The position numbers were made by a program, and so were the translations under genes. 38,680 nucleotides of DNA from Candidatus Gastranaerophilales bacterium (GTDB taxonomy: Bacteria; Cyanobacteriota; Vampirovibrionia; Gastranaerophilales; Gastranaerophilaceae), in NCBI GenBank assembly GCA_944326645.1, contig CALVEW010000001.1:1-38680 (forward strand), written 5' to 3'. Below, one piece after another: positions 11,051 to 20,275 of this stretch. The first letter of the stretch is position 1; every line of letters starts with the position of its first letter. The notes under the pieces are model-generated. The model was not told the origin of the DNA, made no database searches, and saw only the letters and a list, made by a program, of their open reading frames with translations.

Positions 11051-12206
11051 TCAAAATAAAGGGCGTGTTCCTAGAAACACTACCCAGCAAAATATAATTA
11101 TTACACCACCTGATAAAACTTTGATGGTGGTAGTATTATTTTTAGTTGTTATAGGGATTATGGTTATTTTCTCAGCAAGTGCTCCTAAATGTGTAAATAT
11201 GGGGGTTAATCCTGCTAAATTTGCCATTCAACAGATTTTGGGAGTAATTGTTGGGTATTTAGGTTTAAGATTTTTAAGCAATTATGATTATCGAAAATTG
11301 GTTAATGTAACAAGTATTTATGCTTACATCGTTATAGGTTTATTATTACTTGTTCATTTTACTGGTGATATCGTAAATGGTGCGCAACGTTGGTTGAATA
11401 TAGGTCCATTAAGTTTACAGCCATCAGAGTTTGCGAAACCTGCTATTGTAATGTTATTAGCAAATGTGTTCCATAAAGATGCAAATATTTTAGATCCTAA
11501 CAAATGGGCATCTGCTTTTATTCCTATTTTAATAATGGTTGGATTAATCTTTGTTCAACCAAATTTAAGTATGGTAATCTTACTTGGAATGACTTCAGTT
11601 GTTTTATATTTATGCGGAAATGGATCTGTAAAACTTATTGGTATGATGGGAGCAACTGTTATACCTGTATTATTAATGCATGGTTTAAAAGGCTATCAAT
11701 CTTCAAGAATTACAACATGGTTACATCCTGAAAGTGACCCATTAGGTGCAGGTTATAACATTATTCAATCACTTGTTGCTTTTGCATCAGGCGGACTCTA
11801 TGGAGTTGGATTTGGTGCTTCAAAACAAAAATTAGCTTGGCTTCCTGAGGCTCATACGGACTTTATTTTCGCTGTTGTTGGCGAAGAATTAGGGTTTGTT
11901 GGTTGTGTTTTAGTATTAGTTTTATTCTGGACATTGTTGCAAAGAGGTTTTGTTATTGCATCAAGATGTCCTGATATGTATGGGAAATTACTAGCTGTTG
12001 GTTTAACATTCTCAATATGTTTCCAAGCATTTTTAAATATGTCTGTTGCAAGTTCATTTGTTCCTGCAACAGGTGTTCCAATGCCATTTATTAGTTATGG
12101 TGGTTCATCCGTGATGGTTTCTTTATGGATGATTGGTATTTTATTAAATATTTCTAAGAAGAGAGTACAAAAAATAAGGGTACAACAAAATGTCGAATAT
12201 ATGTAG
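11031..12206 (+). CDS. ftsW: Peptidoglycan glycosyltransferase FtsW (SEDS family)
   Basis: Polytopic membrane protein with SEDS motifs (RWLNIGPLSLQPSEFAKP, LPEAHTDFIFAV, PFISYGGSS). Start set to ATG 11031. The track ORF start at 10953 lies deep inside murD, so the exact start is uncertain. Confidence 0.85.
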   Translation: MYYQRNNQNKGRVPRNTTQQNIIITPPDKTLMVVVLFLVVIGIMVIFSASAPKCVNMGVNPAKFAIQQILGVIVGYLGLRFLSNYDYRKLVNVTSIYAYIVIGLLLLVHFTGDIVNGAQRWLNIGPLSLQPSEFAKPAIVMLLANVFHKDANILDPNKWASAFIPILIMVGLIFVQPNLSMVILLGMTSVVLYLCGNGSVKLIGMMGATVIPVLLMHGLKGYQSSRITTWLHPESDPLGAGYNIIQSLVAFASGGLYGVGFGASKQKLAWLPEAHTDFIFAVVGEELGFVGCVLVLVLFWTLLQRGFVIASRCPDMYGKLLAVGLTFSICFQAFLNMSVASSFVPATGVPMPFISYGGSSVMVSLWMIGILLNISKKRVQKIRVQQNVEYM

Positions 12207-13317
12207 CAAAAAATATTTTATTACAGGAGGAGGTACAGGCGGTCATATATATCCTGCTATGGCTGTTGCTGATACTCTTGCTGAAATGGGAGAAGATGTT
12301 GAAATTTTTTATGTAGGAAATCCTAATAATTTAGAATATTCTATTGTTCAACAAAAAGGTTATAAATTCTTACCTATTTATATTAAAGGTATGCCTAGAA
12401 AATTTGGGTTTAAATTTTTATGGTGGGGATTTAAACTATCTATAGCAGTTTTACAATCATTATATTATTTGAATAAATATAAACCTGATGGGATTTTTGG
12501 AACAGGAGGATATGTTTCTGCACCTATTATGATTGCATCAATTTTACAGAAAAAAACACCTTTTATGATGCATGATTGTGATGCTCAACCGGGTTTAGTT
12601 ACAAGGAAATTAGCACCTTATGCAGCATCTGTATCTTTAGCTTTTGATAAAGCAAAAGATTATATAACTAATAAAAACTGTCAAGTTAATGGTAACCCTT
12701 TAAGACCAAGATTTAAAACTTTAACAAAGGGTTTAGCAAGAGCTGGTTTAACTCTAGATTACAATAGACCTGTTTTATTAGTAATGGGTGGCTCTCAGGG
12801 AGCAAAATCAATTGATGACGCTTTTGTAGAAATTGTTAAAGAATTATCTACAGTTAATAATATCCAAATAATTTTCCAAACAGGTAAAAAGAATTTTATG
12901 GATATAACTGAAAGATTAGAAAAACTTTATCCTCATTACAATAAAGACAAAAATATTATTGTAAGACCTTACTTTGATGATATGGTTACTGTTTTAAAAT
13001 CTGCAGATATAGTTATTTCAAGAGCCGGTTCATTAAGTTTATCAGAAATTTTTGCATCTGATGTTGCACCTGTTCTTATACCATATCCACATGCAGCTTC
13101 TGATCATCAAAGAAGAAATGCTAAATTTGTAGAAGAACAAGGAGCTTGTATTTATTTAGAAGATAAAGATGCTAATCCTAATTCATTAAAAGAAATCATT
13201 AATAAATTAATAAATGATAATGAATTACAAACAAGATTACGTTCAAATTGTGCAAAGTTAGCTCAATTTGATGCTCTTGATAATATCGTTAAACAATTTC
13301 TTGAAGTTGTGGAGTAA
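12190..13317 (+). CDS. murG: UDP-N-acetylglucosamine--N-acetylmuramyl-(pentapeptide) pyrophosphoryl-undecaprenol GlcNAc transferase
   Basis: N-terminal GGGTGGHIYPA motif, a GT28 C-terminal domain, and dcw gene order. Confidence 0.92.
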   Translation: MSNICSKKYFITGGGTGGHIYPAMAVADTLAEMGEDVEIFYVGNPNNLEYSIVQQKGYKFLPIYIKGMPRKFGFKFLWWGFKLSIAVLQSLYYLNKYKPDGIFGTGGYVSAPIMIASILQKKTPFMMHDCDAQPGLVTRKLAPYAASVSLAFDKAKDYITNKNCQVNGNPLRPRFKTLTKGLARAGLTLDYNRPVLLVMGGSQGAKSIDDAFVEIVKELSTVNNIQIIFQTGKKNFMDITERLEKLYPHYNKDKNIIVRPYFDDMVTVLKSADIVISRAGSLSLSEIFASDVAPVLIPYPHAASDHQRRNAKFVEEQGACIYLEDKDANPNSLKEIINKLINDNELQTRLRSNCAKLAQFDALDNIVKQFLEVVE

Positions 13318-13320
13318 TGA

Positions 13321-14313
13321 ATGAAACAAGGTCAAATCATCAAAATTCATTCAGATTTTTATTATGTACTTTCAGACAATCAAATGTTTGAGTGCAAACT
13401 TAGAGAAGTTCTGAAAAAACAACAGAAAAAAATCTGCGTTGGTGATTTTGTTGAATTTGATAATGGTCATATTGTTAATACACTTCCTCGGAAAAATTAT
13501 ATTTTAAGACCTGCAGTAGCTAATATTGACCAAATTGTAATTGTATCTGCCGTTGAAGAACCTCATTTAGATTTTCAACAATTAGACAGATATATTGCTT
13601 TTGGTGAGTATTTTAATATTGATATCAAACTTTGTTTTAATAAAAACGATTTATCAACAAATGATGAAACAATAGAAAAAGTTTATTCAATATATGAACC
13701 AATGGGATATGATATTATTTTCACTTCAGCATTAGAAAAATTAGGGATTGAGGATTTCCAAGAAATGATGGAAGGCAAAACATCTGTTCTTTGTGGTTCA
13801 TCAGGGGTTGGAAAATCAAGTTTATTAAACGCTTTAAACCCCGATTTTCATTTAAGAACAAAAAGTATTAGCGAAAAAACAGGTCGAGGAACTCATACAA
13901 CAAGACATTCTGAAATTTTAAATATTTCAGAAAATACAAGAATTATTGATACTCCTGGGTTTAGTAATTTAAAATTTGATTTTCTTCTCCCTTGGGATGT
14001 AGCAAAACTATTTAGAGAAATGCGTCCTTATTTAGGAAATTGTAAATATCAAAATTGCCTTCATTTAATGGAAAATGATTGTGCAGTAAAAGAAAATCTA
14101 GATAAAATTTCAATTAGCAGATACAAAAGTTACGAAGAATTTGTTGAAGAAGCTAAGGAATACAAAGAAAAAATAAAATATGAAGGGCGTAAAAAAGAAA
14201 CATTTGAAAAAAAACACAATGATAAATCTGCCGTAAAAATTAGTGCTCAAAAAAGATTATCATCAAGAAGAACTTTGAAACAACAACTTTATAAGGAAGA
14301 TATAGATGAATAA
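13321..14313 (+). CDS. rsgA: Ribosome small-subunit-dependent GTPase A (circularly permuted GTPase)
   Basis: Contains NKNDL, GSSGVGKSSLLNAL and DTPGF, plus the zinc-finger region CKYQNCLHLMENDCAV. Carries a Lys/Glu-rich C-terminal tail of about 48 aa. Confidence 0.9.
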   Translation: MKQGQIIKIHSDFYYVLSDNQMFECKLREVLKKQQKKICVGDFVEFDNGHIVNTLPRKNYILRPAVANIDQIVIVSAVEEPHLDFQQLDRYIAFGEYFNIDIKLCFNKNDLSTNDETIEKVYSIYEPMGYDIIFTSALEKLGIEDFQEMMEGKTSVLCGSSGVGKSSLLNALNPDFHLRTKSISEKTGRGTHTTRHSEILNISENTRIIDTPGFSNLKFDFLLPWDVAKLFREMRPYLGNCKYQNCLHLMENDCAVKENLDKISISRYKSYEEFVEEAKEYKEKIKYEGRKKETFEKKHNDKSAVKISAQKRLSSRRTLKQQLYKEDIDE

Positions 14314-15166
14314 TTTAATTGAAAAAGTAAACAAAGCATTAGAAGAATATATGGTTGAAGAATATCCTCAAGATATTTTTAAATCAATGAAATATACAGT
14401 AACATTACCTGGCAAAAGATTACGTCCGGTAATGTGTTTAGAAGCTTGCAGATTTTTTGGCGGAGATATGGAAGCAGCTATGCCAACAGCTTGTGCCATA
14501 GAAATGTTACACGCACAAAGTTTAATTCATGACGATTTACCTTGTATGGATAACGATGATTTTAGACGTGGAAAACCTTCTAACCATAAAGTTTTCGGAG
14601 AAGCTATTGCTGTTTTAGCAGGTGATGCATTGTTATCTTATGCTCCTCAATTAATTATTGAAAAATCTGATAAATTATCTGATTCTGTAAAAATAAAAGT
14701 TTTACACGAATTTATGAAAACAGCAGGCGCATATGGAATTATAGCAGGTCAAGTTGTTGATATTGAATCAGAAAACAAAGGTATTAAAGATTCTAAAGTT
14801 TTAGAATATATCCATACACATAAAACAGCAGATTTATTTAGATTAGCTCTAAAAGCTGGTGCAATTATTGCGGGAGCTGATGAAAATGGTTTAAAAGATA
14901 TGGATGATTTAGCTCAAAAATTTGGTTTAGCTTTCCAAATATATGACGATATTTTAGATGAAATATCTACATTTGAAGAACTTGGAAAAACTATTGGTAA
15001 AGATAAAGAAGCTAATAAACTTACTTATACTTCATTGTATGGATTAGAAAAAGCAAGAGAAAAAGTTAATTCGCTTTTTGCTGAAATCTATGATATAATT
15101 GACAAGTACAATTCAGAAGTGTTTAGACATATCATTGATAGTATGAAAAAGAAATTAGACAAATAA
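14306..15166 (+). CDS. Polyprenyl (farnesyl/geranylgeranyl) diphosphate synthase
   Basis: First Asp-rich motif is DDLPCMDNDDFRRGKP and the second is YDDILD, both in a trans-isoprenyl diphosphate synthase fold context. Confidence 0.9.
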   Translation: MNNLIEKVNKALEEYMVEEYPQDIFKSMKYTVTLPGKRLRPVMCLEACRFFGGDMEAAMPTACAIEMLHAQSLIHDDLPCMDNDDFRRGKPSNHKVFGEAIAVLAGDALLSYAPQLIIEKSDKLSDSVKIKVLHEFMKTAGAYGIIAGQVVDIESENKGIKDSKVLEYIHTHKTADLFRLALKAGAIIAGADENGLKDMDDLAQKFGLAFQIYDDILDEISTFEELGKTIGKDKEANKLTYTSLYGLEKAREKVNSLFAEIYDIIDKYNSEVFRHIIDSMKKKLDK

Positions 15167-15176
15167 CGGAGGGTTA

Positions 15177-15650
15177 ATGGACGTATCAAAATTAGTTAAT
15201 ACAGGTTATGAAGTAATTTTTGCAAGTTTAACTGCTCCATTAATCGCTCAAACAATAAAATTTTTCTTACACTTAATAATGGATAAAAAAGTAGACCTAC
15301 GTTTGTTTACAACAACCGGTGGAATGCCAAGTGCTCATTCAGCAAGTGTTGTGGCTTTATCTACAATGGTCGGAATTTTAAGAGGTTTTGATTCTGTGGA
15401 ATTTGCTATTGCTCTTGGTTATGCGTTAGTTGTAATGTATGATGCAGCAGGTTTAAGACGCGCAGCAGGTCGTCAAGCTGCTTGTTTGAATAGAATCCTT
15501 GATGATTTTTACAAACACGAAATTCAAGCTATCGGCGGGAAGTTAAAAGAATTATTAGGACATACTCCTATACAAGTATTTTGGGGTGCTGTATTAGGTG
15601 TTGTTTATGCATTTTACTTACATAATTATTTTTTAACTTTAATTAAATAA
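15177..15650 (+). CDS. Divergent PAP2 / acid-phosphatase-vanadium-haloperoxidase-related membrane protein (DUF212)
   Basis: 157-aa membrane protein with GGMPSAHSASVVAL and YDAAGLRR motifs, typical of the divergent PAP2 family. Confidence 0.8.
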   Translation: MDVSKLVNTGYEVIFASLTAPLIAQTIKFFLHLIMDKKVDLRLFTTTGGMPSAHSASVVALSTMVGILRGFDSVEFAIALGYALVVMYDAAGLRRAAGRQAACLNRILDDFYKHEIQAIGGKLKELLGHTPIQVFWGAVLGVVYAFYLHNYFLTLIK

Positions 15651-15657
15651 TATACAT

Positions 15658-15686
15658 AAAAAAAAGACCTTGTGTTATCAAGGTCT
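15658..15686 (+). terminator. Hairpin terminator after the DUF212 gene
   Basis: 8-bp stem AGACCTTG/CAAGGTCT with a 6-nt loop. The A-run lies upstream, so the clean U-tract is on the opposite strand. The + strand tail is only GTCCGTTT. Confidence 0.5.
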
Positions 15687-15743
15687 GTCCGTTTAAATAA
15701 GAAGAGAGAGCTTTATACTTTTATAAAGTATTTTAGATATAAA

Positions 15744-15757
15744 AAATTGCGCAATTT
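15744..15757. promoter_or_regulatory. Perfect 14-bp palindrome AAATTGCGCAATTT (candidate operator)
   Basis: Seen directly in the sequence, about 185 bp upstream of the 103-aa ORF. Confidence 0.25.
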
Positions 15758-15777
15758 GATTTAAATTTTCACTATAT

Positions 15778-15794
15778 TGTTACAATACTTAACA
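15778..15794. promoter_or_regulatory. TGTTA-N7-TAACA inverted repeat (shared motif, copy 1)
   Basis: TGTTACAATACTTAACA. A near-identical box occurs at 16311-16328 upstream of the next gene. Confidence 0.35.
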
Positions 15795-15941
15795 TGCTGT
15801 ATCCCATGTCACACATGCGTTTCAGGGGGATTAGATATTTTTATTAATCTTATTCGTTCATAAAATTATCTCACATATTAGACTAAATGGGGATTTATAT
15901 AAAACATTATCGTCTACAATTTTATTAGTGGGAGATTAGTT

Positions 15942-16253
15942 ATGAATAAAATACAAGAAAGATATTTAGAATTTAAAAACATCAGTAAAGATATTATTGA
16001 TTGGTTTGAATATGTCGCAGAGGAAAATAATTGTAAAATTGAAAAAAAAGAATGGAAAAGTAAATATAACAATTATGTAATTTATGATTATGAACCATTC
16101 TGTTCGGAAGGTTTTGAAATAAATGTACTTTTAAGCTCTGTAGATATGTCATACTTAAATTTTGTGAAATTTCTCTATAATGACAAAATTAGTACAATAG
16201 AATATTTAAATAATTGTGTAAAAAATTCGTCGATAAGAAATTATATTACATAG
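15942..16253 (+). CDS. Hypothetical 103-aa cytoplasmic protein
   Basis: ORF with SD GGGAGA 7 nt upstream, bracketed by hairpin terminators on both sides. No recognisable family. Confidence 0.6.
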   Translation: MNKIQERYLEFKNISKDIIDWFEYVAEENNCKIEKKEWKSKYNNYVIYDYEPFCSEGFEINVLLSSVDMSYLNFVKFLYNDKISTIEYLNNCVKNSSIRNYIT

Positions 16254-16263
16254 TTTTAAAAAG

Positions 16264-16297
16264 TAACCTGATTTTAAATAATCAGGTTATTTTATTA
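16264..16297 (+). terminator. Rho-independent terminator
   Basis: 9-bp stem TAACCTGAT/ATCAGGTTA with an 8-nt loop, followed by TTTTATTATT. Confidence 0.75.
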
Positions 16298-16310
16298 TTA
16301 TAGACAATTA

Positions 16311-16328
16311 TGTTACAAATTCTTAACA
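16311..16328. promoter_or_regulatory. TGTTA-N8-TAACA inverted repeat (shared motif, copy 2)
   Basis: TGTTACAAATTCTTAACA, 78 nt upstream of ATG 16406. Confidence 0.35.
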
Positions 16329-16405
16329 TTTTTAATTTAAAAAGTCAATTTCAATTCAATAAAAAACTTTATAAAAGTAAGGGGAATTAATAGAGGATTA
16401 CAAAT

Positions 16406-17605
16406 ATGTCAATGGGATTTAATATTACAACAAGTAATGCAGATACAGCAGCTTTCCTTAATTGGATGAATGCAGCTTGGTATGATCCAACATACAGAGG
16501 AAATGTTCTTCTAGATTATGTAAATATTCCTGTAACTATGGATTTAATCCAACCAACAGGTGGCGAAAGAAGAGCACCTTTGAATGGATATGACATGAGT
16601 AATGCTGTAAATTTTCTACCTGGTCAATTTGGCTTATCAATGCATGCAGCACTTACAGATCCAAGTATTTGGTCTGATGGAACATTAAGTAATTTTGATA
16701 TAGGTTTATCAAGCTACTTAAATGCTAGCTATGCAAATGGATTTTTTGATCTTAACCCATTCGCAGTTGGATTAAATAATAATGTGAATTGGAATTTTGA
16801 TTTAAACTGGGGTGCATTTGGCAATATATTAGGTTCTTATGTACCTGAAACTGCTGCAGATGATGCAGATAAATTAAATAATAGCGATAAAGCAAAATTT
16901 GAAAGAAAAATCAAATTACTTTCAGAATGTGGTGATTATGATGATAAAATTGATGCAATTAGAAAAAAAATAGGTAATGACTATAAAAAAGGAATTAAAG
17001 AAGTTGATAAATTATTAGATGAAGTAGACTCAACTACATTACATGAAAAAGCAAATGAATTATATAAAGCAGATTTTGAATCCAGACAGGAAAAAGCAGA
17101 ACAATATTCAGAACAATGGGCTCGTCAGATAGCAAATAGTACTGATGCTAAGAATTTTAAAGTAAGTATGTCAGGAGTAACTAAAGACAATATTCTTGAT
17201 GTATTAGGAGCATTTCTTAGAAATGAGCAATATGTTCAAGCAGGTTCAGCAAGTTGGAAAACTTTAATTGAAAATAATTTTAAAGAAATATCAAAATTAT
17301 TACTTGCAAAAGCAGAAGAAATGAAAAAATCTACAAAAAATAATCAATATAAAACAGATATAAAATCAGTAATGGATGCTATAAAATCAGCAAAAACTCC
17401 ACAAGAACAAGTTACAAATACATATAATTTATTTGAAACATTAAGAAGAATCCAAGCAGAAAATAACGACAAAGGTGTTTATCAACGTTATGGAATTCCT
17501 GCTGATAAAATTGATAATAATAGAGCTTCTAATGTAGCAACTGCAAATTATACAAAAGAAAAAAATGCTTATAAATCACAACAAAAATTAGATAAAGCAG
17601 CTTAA
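16406..17605 (+). CDS. Hypothetical 399-aa protein (aromatic/Asn-rich N-domain plus Lys/Glu-rich helical C-domain)
   Basis: Long ORF with SD AGAGGA. No signal peptide and no recognised domain. Confidence 0.7.
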   Translation: MSMGFNITTSNADTAAFLNWMNAAWYDPTYRGNVLLDYVNIPVTMDLIQPTGGERRAPLNGYDMSNAVNFLPGQFGLSMHAALTDPSIWSDGTLSNFDIGLSSYLNASYANGFFDLNPFAVGLNNNVNWNFDLNWGAFGNILGSYVPETAADDADKLNNSDKAKFERKIKLLSECGDYDDKIDAIRKKIGNDYKKGIKEVDKLLDEVDSTTLHEKANELYKADFESRQEKAEQYSEQWARQIANSTDAKNFKVSMSGVTKDNILDVLGAFLRNEQYVQAGSASWKTLIENNFKEISKLLLAKAEEMKKSTKNNQYKTDIKSVMDAIKSAKTPQEQVTNTYNLFETLRRIQAENNDKGVYQRYGIPADKIDNNRASNVATANYTKEKNAYKSQQKLDKAA

Positions 17606-18429
17606 TCTAAGCCTAAATCTAATGTTGGAGCTTTGGCAACAATTGCACTTGAAGAGATTATATCAACTCCTGTTGATGCAATCTCTTTTAGAGTTGTTAG
17701 ATTAACATTCCCGCTTGCTTCAACAATTGCTCTACCATTAATCTTTTCAACTGCTGTTTTCATTTCATCAATAGTCATATTATCAAGCATAATGATATCA
17801 ACGCCACAAGCTAGAGCTTCTTCTACTTGTGATAATGTATCACATTCTACTTCGATTTTATGAGCGTGAGATATTGATTTTTTCAAAATATTGATTGCAT
17901 TAGTTAATGTTCCTGCAAATTTTACGTGATTATCTTTCAACATTGCACAATCAGATAAATTAAATCTATGTACAGTTCCACAACCAACTTTTACTGAATA
18001 TTTTTCAAAAACTCTAAAGCAAGGTGTTGTTTTTCTTGTATCAACGATTTTTGCTTTATATTCACCAATTGCATTTTGATATTTTCTTGTTTCAGTTGCA
18101 ATACCTGACATTCTTTGAACATAATTTAATGCTGTTCTTTCACCAGTTAATACTGCTCTAGCTGATCCTTTTATATCTGCAATCTTATCGCCTTTTTTAA
18201 TTTCATCTCCATCTTTGAAATAAAATTTTATATCTATATCCTTATCTAAAACTTCAAATACTGTTTTAAAGACATCTCTACCACAAAATACACCATCTAC
18301 ACGGCTATTTAAAGTACATTCTAATTTATCATCTTCAGATACCAAATTATCTGTTGTGATATCTTCAAATCCTATATCTTCTTCTAATGCTTGTTTTACA
18401 TATTTTTCGATTAAAAATTTATTTAACAA
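17602..18429 (-). CDS. nadC: Nicotinate-nucleotide pyrophosphorylase (quinolinate phosphoribosyltransferase)
   Basis: The QPRTase family pattern is present (ALEEDIG..DITT, TGERTALNYVQRMSGIAT, DTRKTTP, MLDN). Start proposed at TTG 18429 (SD GGAGAA 7 nt upstream), overlapping the nadB stop. The track ORF extends to 18516 with no internal ATG. Confidence 0.88.
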   Translation of the reverse strand: MLNKFLIEKYVKQALEEDIGFEDITTDNLVSEDDKLECTLNSRVDGVFCGRDVFKTVFEVLDKDIDIKFYFKDGDEIKKGDKIADIKGSARAVLTGERTALNYVQRMSGIATETRKYQNAIGEYKAKIVDTRKTTPCFRVFEKYSVKVGCGTVHRFNLSDCAMLKDNHVKFAGTLTNAINILKKSISHAHKIEVECDTLSQVEEALACGVDIIMLDNMTIDEMKTAVEKINGRAIVEASGNVNLTTLKEIASTGVDIISSSAIVAKAPTLDLGLD

Positions 18430-20035
18430 AACTAGGTTCTCCTTGTCCTTTAATAATACAGTTATGAATAGCTTCAGGATATAATTCTTGGCAGTCAACT
18501 CGGTAATGAGCCCCACGTGATTCTCTGCGTTTAATAGCAGATTTTATTATCAATAAGGACACAGTCAACATATTTCTAAATTCATATTCTGATTTATTCA
18601 AACATTTTGTTTTTCTATCAAATTTTTGTTTTAAAGCAAATATTAAATCTAAACCTTTTAATAAAGATTCTTCTGATCTTAATATTCCTGCATATTCCCA
18701 CATTATTTCTTCTAATTCTAATTTCAAGTTTTCTACATCAAAATCTTCATCGCTCATTGGTATAGAATAACTATCAATAGTTTTTTTGATATTTTCATCA
18801 ATTTTCCTAGGCGGAACTAAATTAACAAAAGATAAATAATTTGCTAATTCGTGCGCAGAAACAACACATTCTAATAAAGAATTACTTGCCAATCTGTTAG
18901 CTCCGTGTAGACCTGTTGAAGCACATTCTCCTATGGCATATAACCCACGAATAGAAGTTCTTCCTTCTAAGGTTGTTTTAATCCCACCCATCATATAGTG
19001 AGCAGCAGGAGCTACAGGGATTGGGGTTTTTGAAATATCAATATCATATTTTTTACAAACTTTTGAAATTGTAGGAAATCTTTTTACAAGTTTATCTGCA
19101 GGAATACATGTTGCATCCAAGAAAACTTTGTCACTATCTGTTGAATGCATTCTATCATAAATCGCTCTAGTAACTACATCACGTGGAGCTAATTCTTTTA
19201 ATTCACTATACTCATCCATAAATGCAACACCGTTTTTATCAACAAGCTTTGCGCCTTCTCCACGAACAGATTCTGATATCAAAAATCTTTTTCTAGCTCC
19301 TTCAATACACAATGCAGTTGGGTGGAATTGAACAAATTCCATATCTTGTAATATTGCACCTGCATTATATGCTAAAGCTAAACCATCGCCTGTTGCAACT
19401 GTAGGGTTTGTAGTGTATTTATATATTTGTCCCAAACCACCTGTTGCTAATATTATTGCGGATGAATAAATTGTTTGATATTCATTTGTTAATGAATTAT
19501 ATGTAATTAATCCCTTACATTCACTATCATTATTGATTAAAAGCTCAGTTACTATTGAATCTTCTTGAATATCTATATTTGGATTTTCTTTTGCTCTTCT
19601 ACATAATGTTTTTTCAATAACACTTCCTGTTGCATCACCACCTGCGTGTAATATTCTTCTTACACTATGAGCTCCTTCTAATGTATAAGCAATATTACCG
19701 TTTTCATCTCTATCGAATTCAACTCCAAAATTTATTAAATCATTTATTACTTCATCTGAATTCTCTGAAATAAATCTTACTGTTTCTTCATCAGATAATC
19801 CTGCGCCTGCTCTTAAAGTGTCTTTAACATGCAAATCTACTGAATCATCTGTATTATTGTTCATTACACCAACAATACCGCCTTGTGCATAGCGAGAATT
19901 ACTTTCTCCAAAATTTGATTTAGTTATTACCAATAAGCCATCAGGTAATTTTATTTGTTGAGCGATTTTTAATGCGCAAAACAAACCTGAAATTCCACTA
20001 CCTACTATTACGGCTGAATATTTTGAGTATTTCAT
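18419..20035 (-). CDS. nadB: L-aspartate oxidase
   Basis: 538 aa. FAD-binding N-terminus VIVGSGISGL, and the fumarate reductase/succinate dehydrogenase flavoprotein-like motifs FHPT and GANRLASNSLLE. Confidence 0.93.
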   Translation of the reverse strand: MKYSKYSAVIVGSGISGLFCALKIAQQIKLPDGLLVITKSNFGESNSRYAQGGIVGVMNNNTDDSVDLHVKDTLRAGAGLSDEETVRFISENSDEVINDLINFGVEFDRDENGNIAYTLEGAHSVRRILHAGGDATGSVIEKTLCRRAKENPNIDIQEDSIVTELLINNDSECKGLITYNSLTNEYQTIYSSAIILATGGLGQIYKYTTNPTVATGDGLALAYNAGAILQDMEFVQFHPTALCIEGARKRFLISESVRGEGAKLVDKNGVAFMDEYSELKELAPRDVVTRAIYDRMHSTDSDKVFLDATCIPADKLVKRFPTISKVCKKYDIDISKTPIPVAPAAHYMMGGIKTTLEGRTSIRGLYAIGECASTGLHGANRLASNSLLECVVSAHELANYLSFVNLVPPRKIDENIKKTIDSYSIPMSDEDFDVENLKLELEEIMWEYAGILRSEESLLKGLDLIFALKQKFDRKTKCLNKSEYEFRNMLTVSLLIIKSAIKRRESRGAHYRVDCQELYPEAIHNCIIKGQGEPSFVK

Positions 20036-20094
20036 AATCCTCTAACCTTGCTTATTTATATTTTTATTTTAAATCAAAATTTTTTTTATTGCTA

Positions 20095-20262
20095 TTAATT
20101 TATTTGTTCATTTGAGATATTAAATACAAAAGGAGTTTTAAAACCTGTTGTGTAATCTGATAATGTATATCTTACTACCGGCATGTCATATAAATACCCC
20201 TTATGCATTGAGGTAGTAAATTCATATACACGACTCTTCCCTATTTCTCTTATTTGCTCCAT
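20095..20262 (-). CDS. Hypothetical 55-aa protein (hand-translated, below the ORF-track cutoff)
   Basis: ATG 20262 is preceded by SD AGGGGA with an 8-nt spacer that overlaps the ubiA-like stop codon. Product is MEQIREIGKSRVYEFTTSMHKGYLYDMPVVRYTLSDYTTGFKTPFVFNISNEQIN, which is not low-complexity. Confidence 0.4.
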   Translation of the reverse strand: MEQIREIGKSRVYEFTTSMHKGYLYDMPVVRYTLSDYTTGFKTPFVFNISNEQIN

Positions 20263-20275
20263 TATTAATATCCCC

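Noticed and set aside
14140-14313. Lys/Glu-rich C-terminal tail of about 48 aa on RsgA.
   Set aside because: It is probably a lineage-specific disordered extension and there is no evidence of a fused domain or a frameshift. It is noted only as a curiosity.
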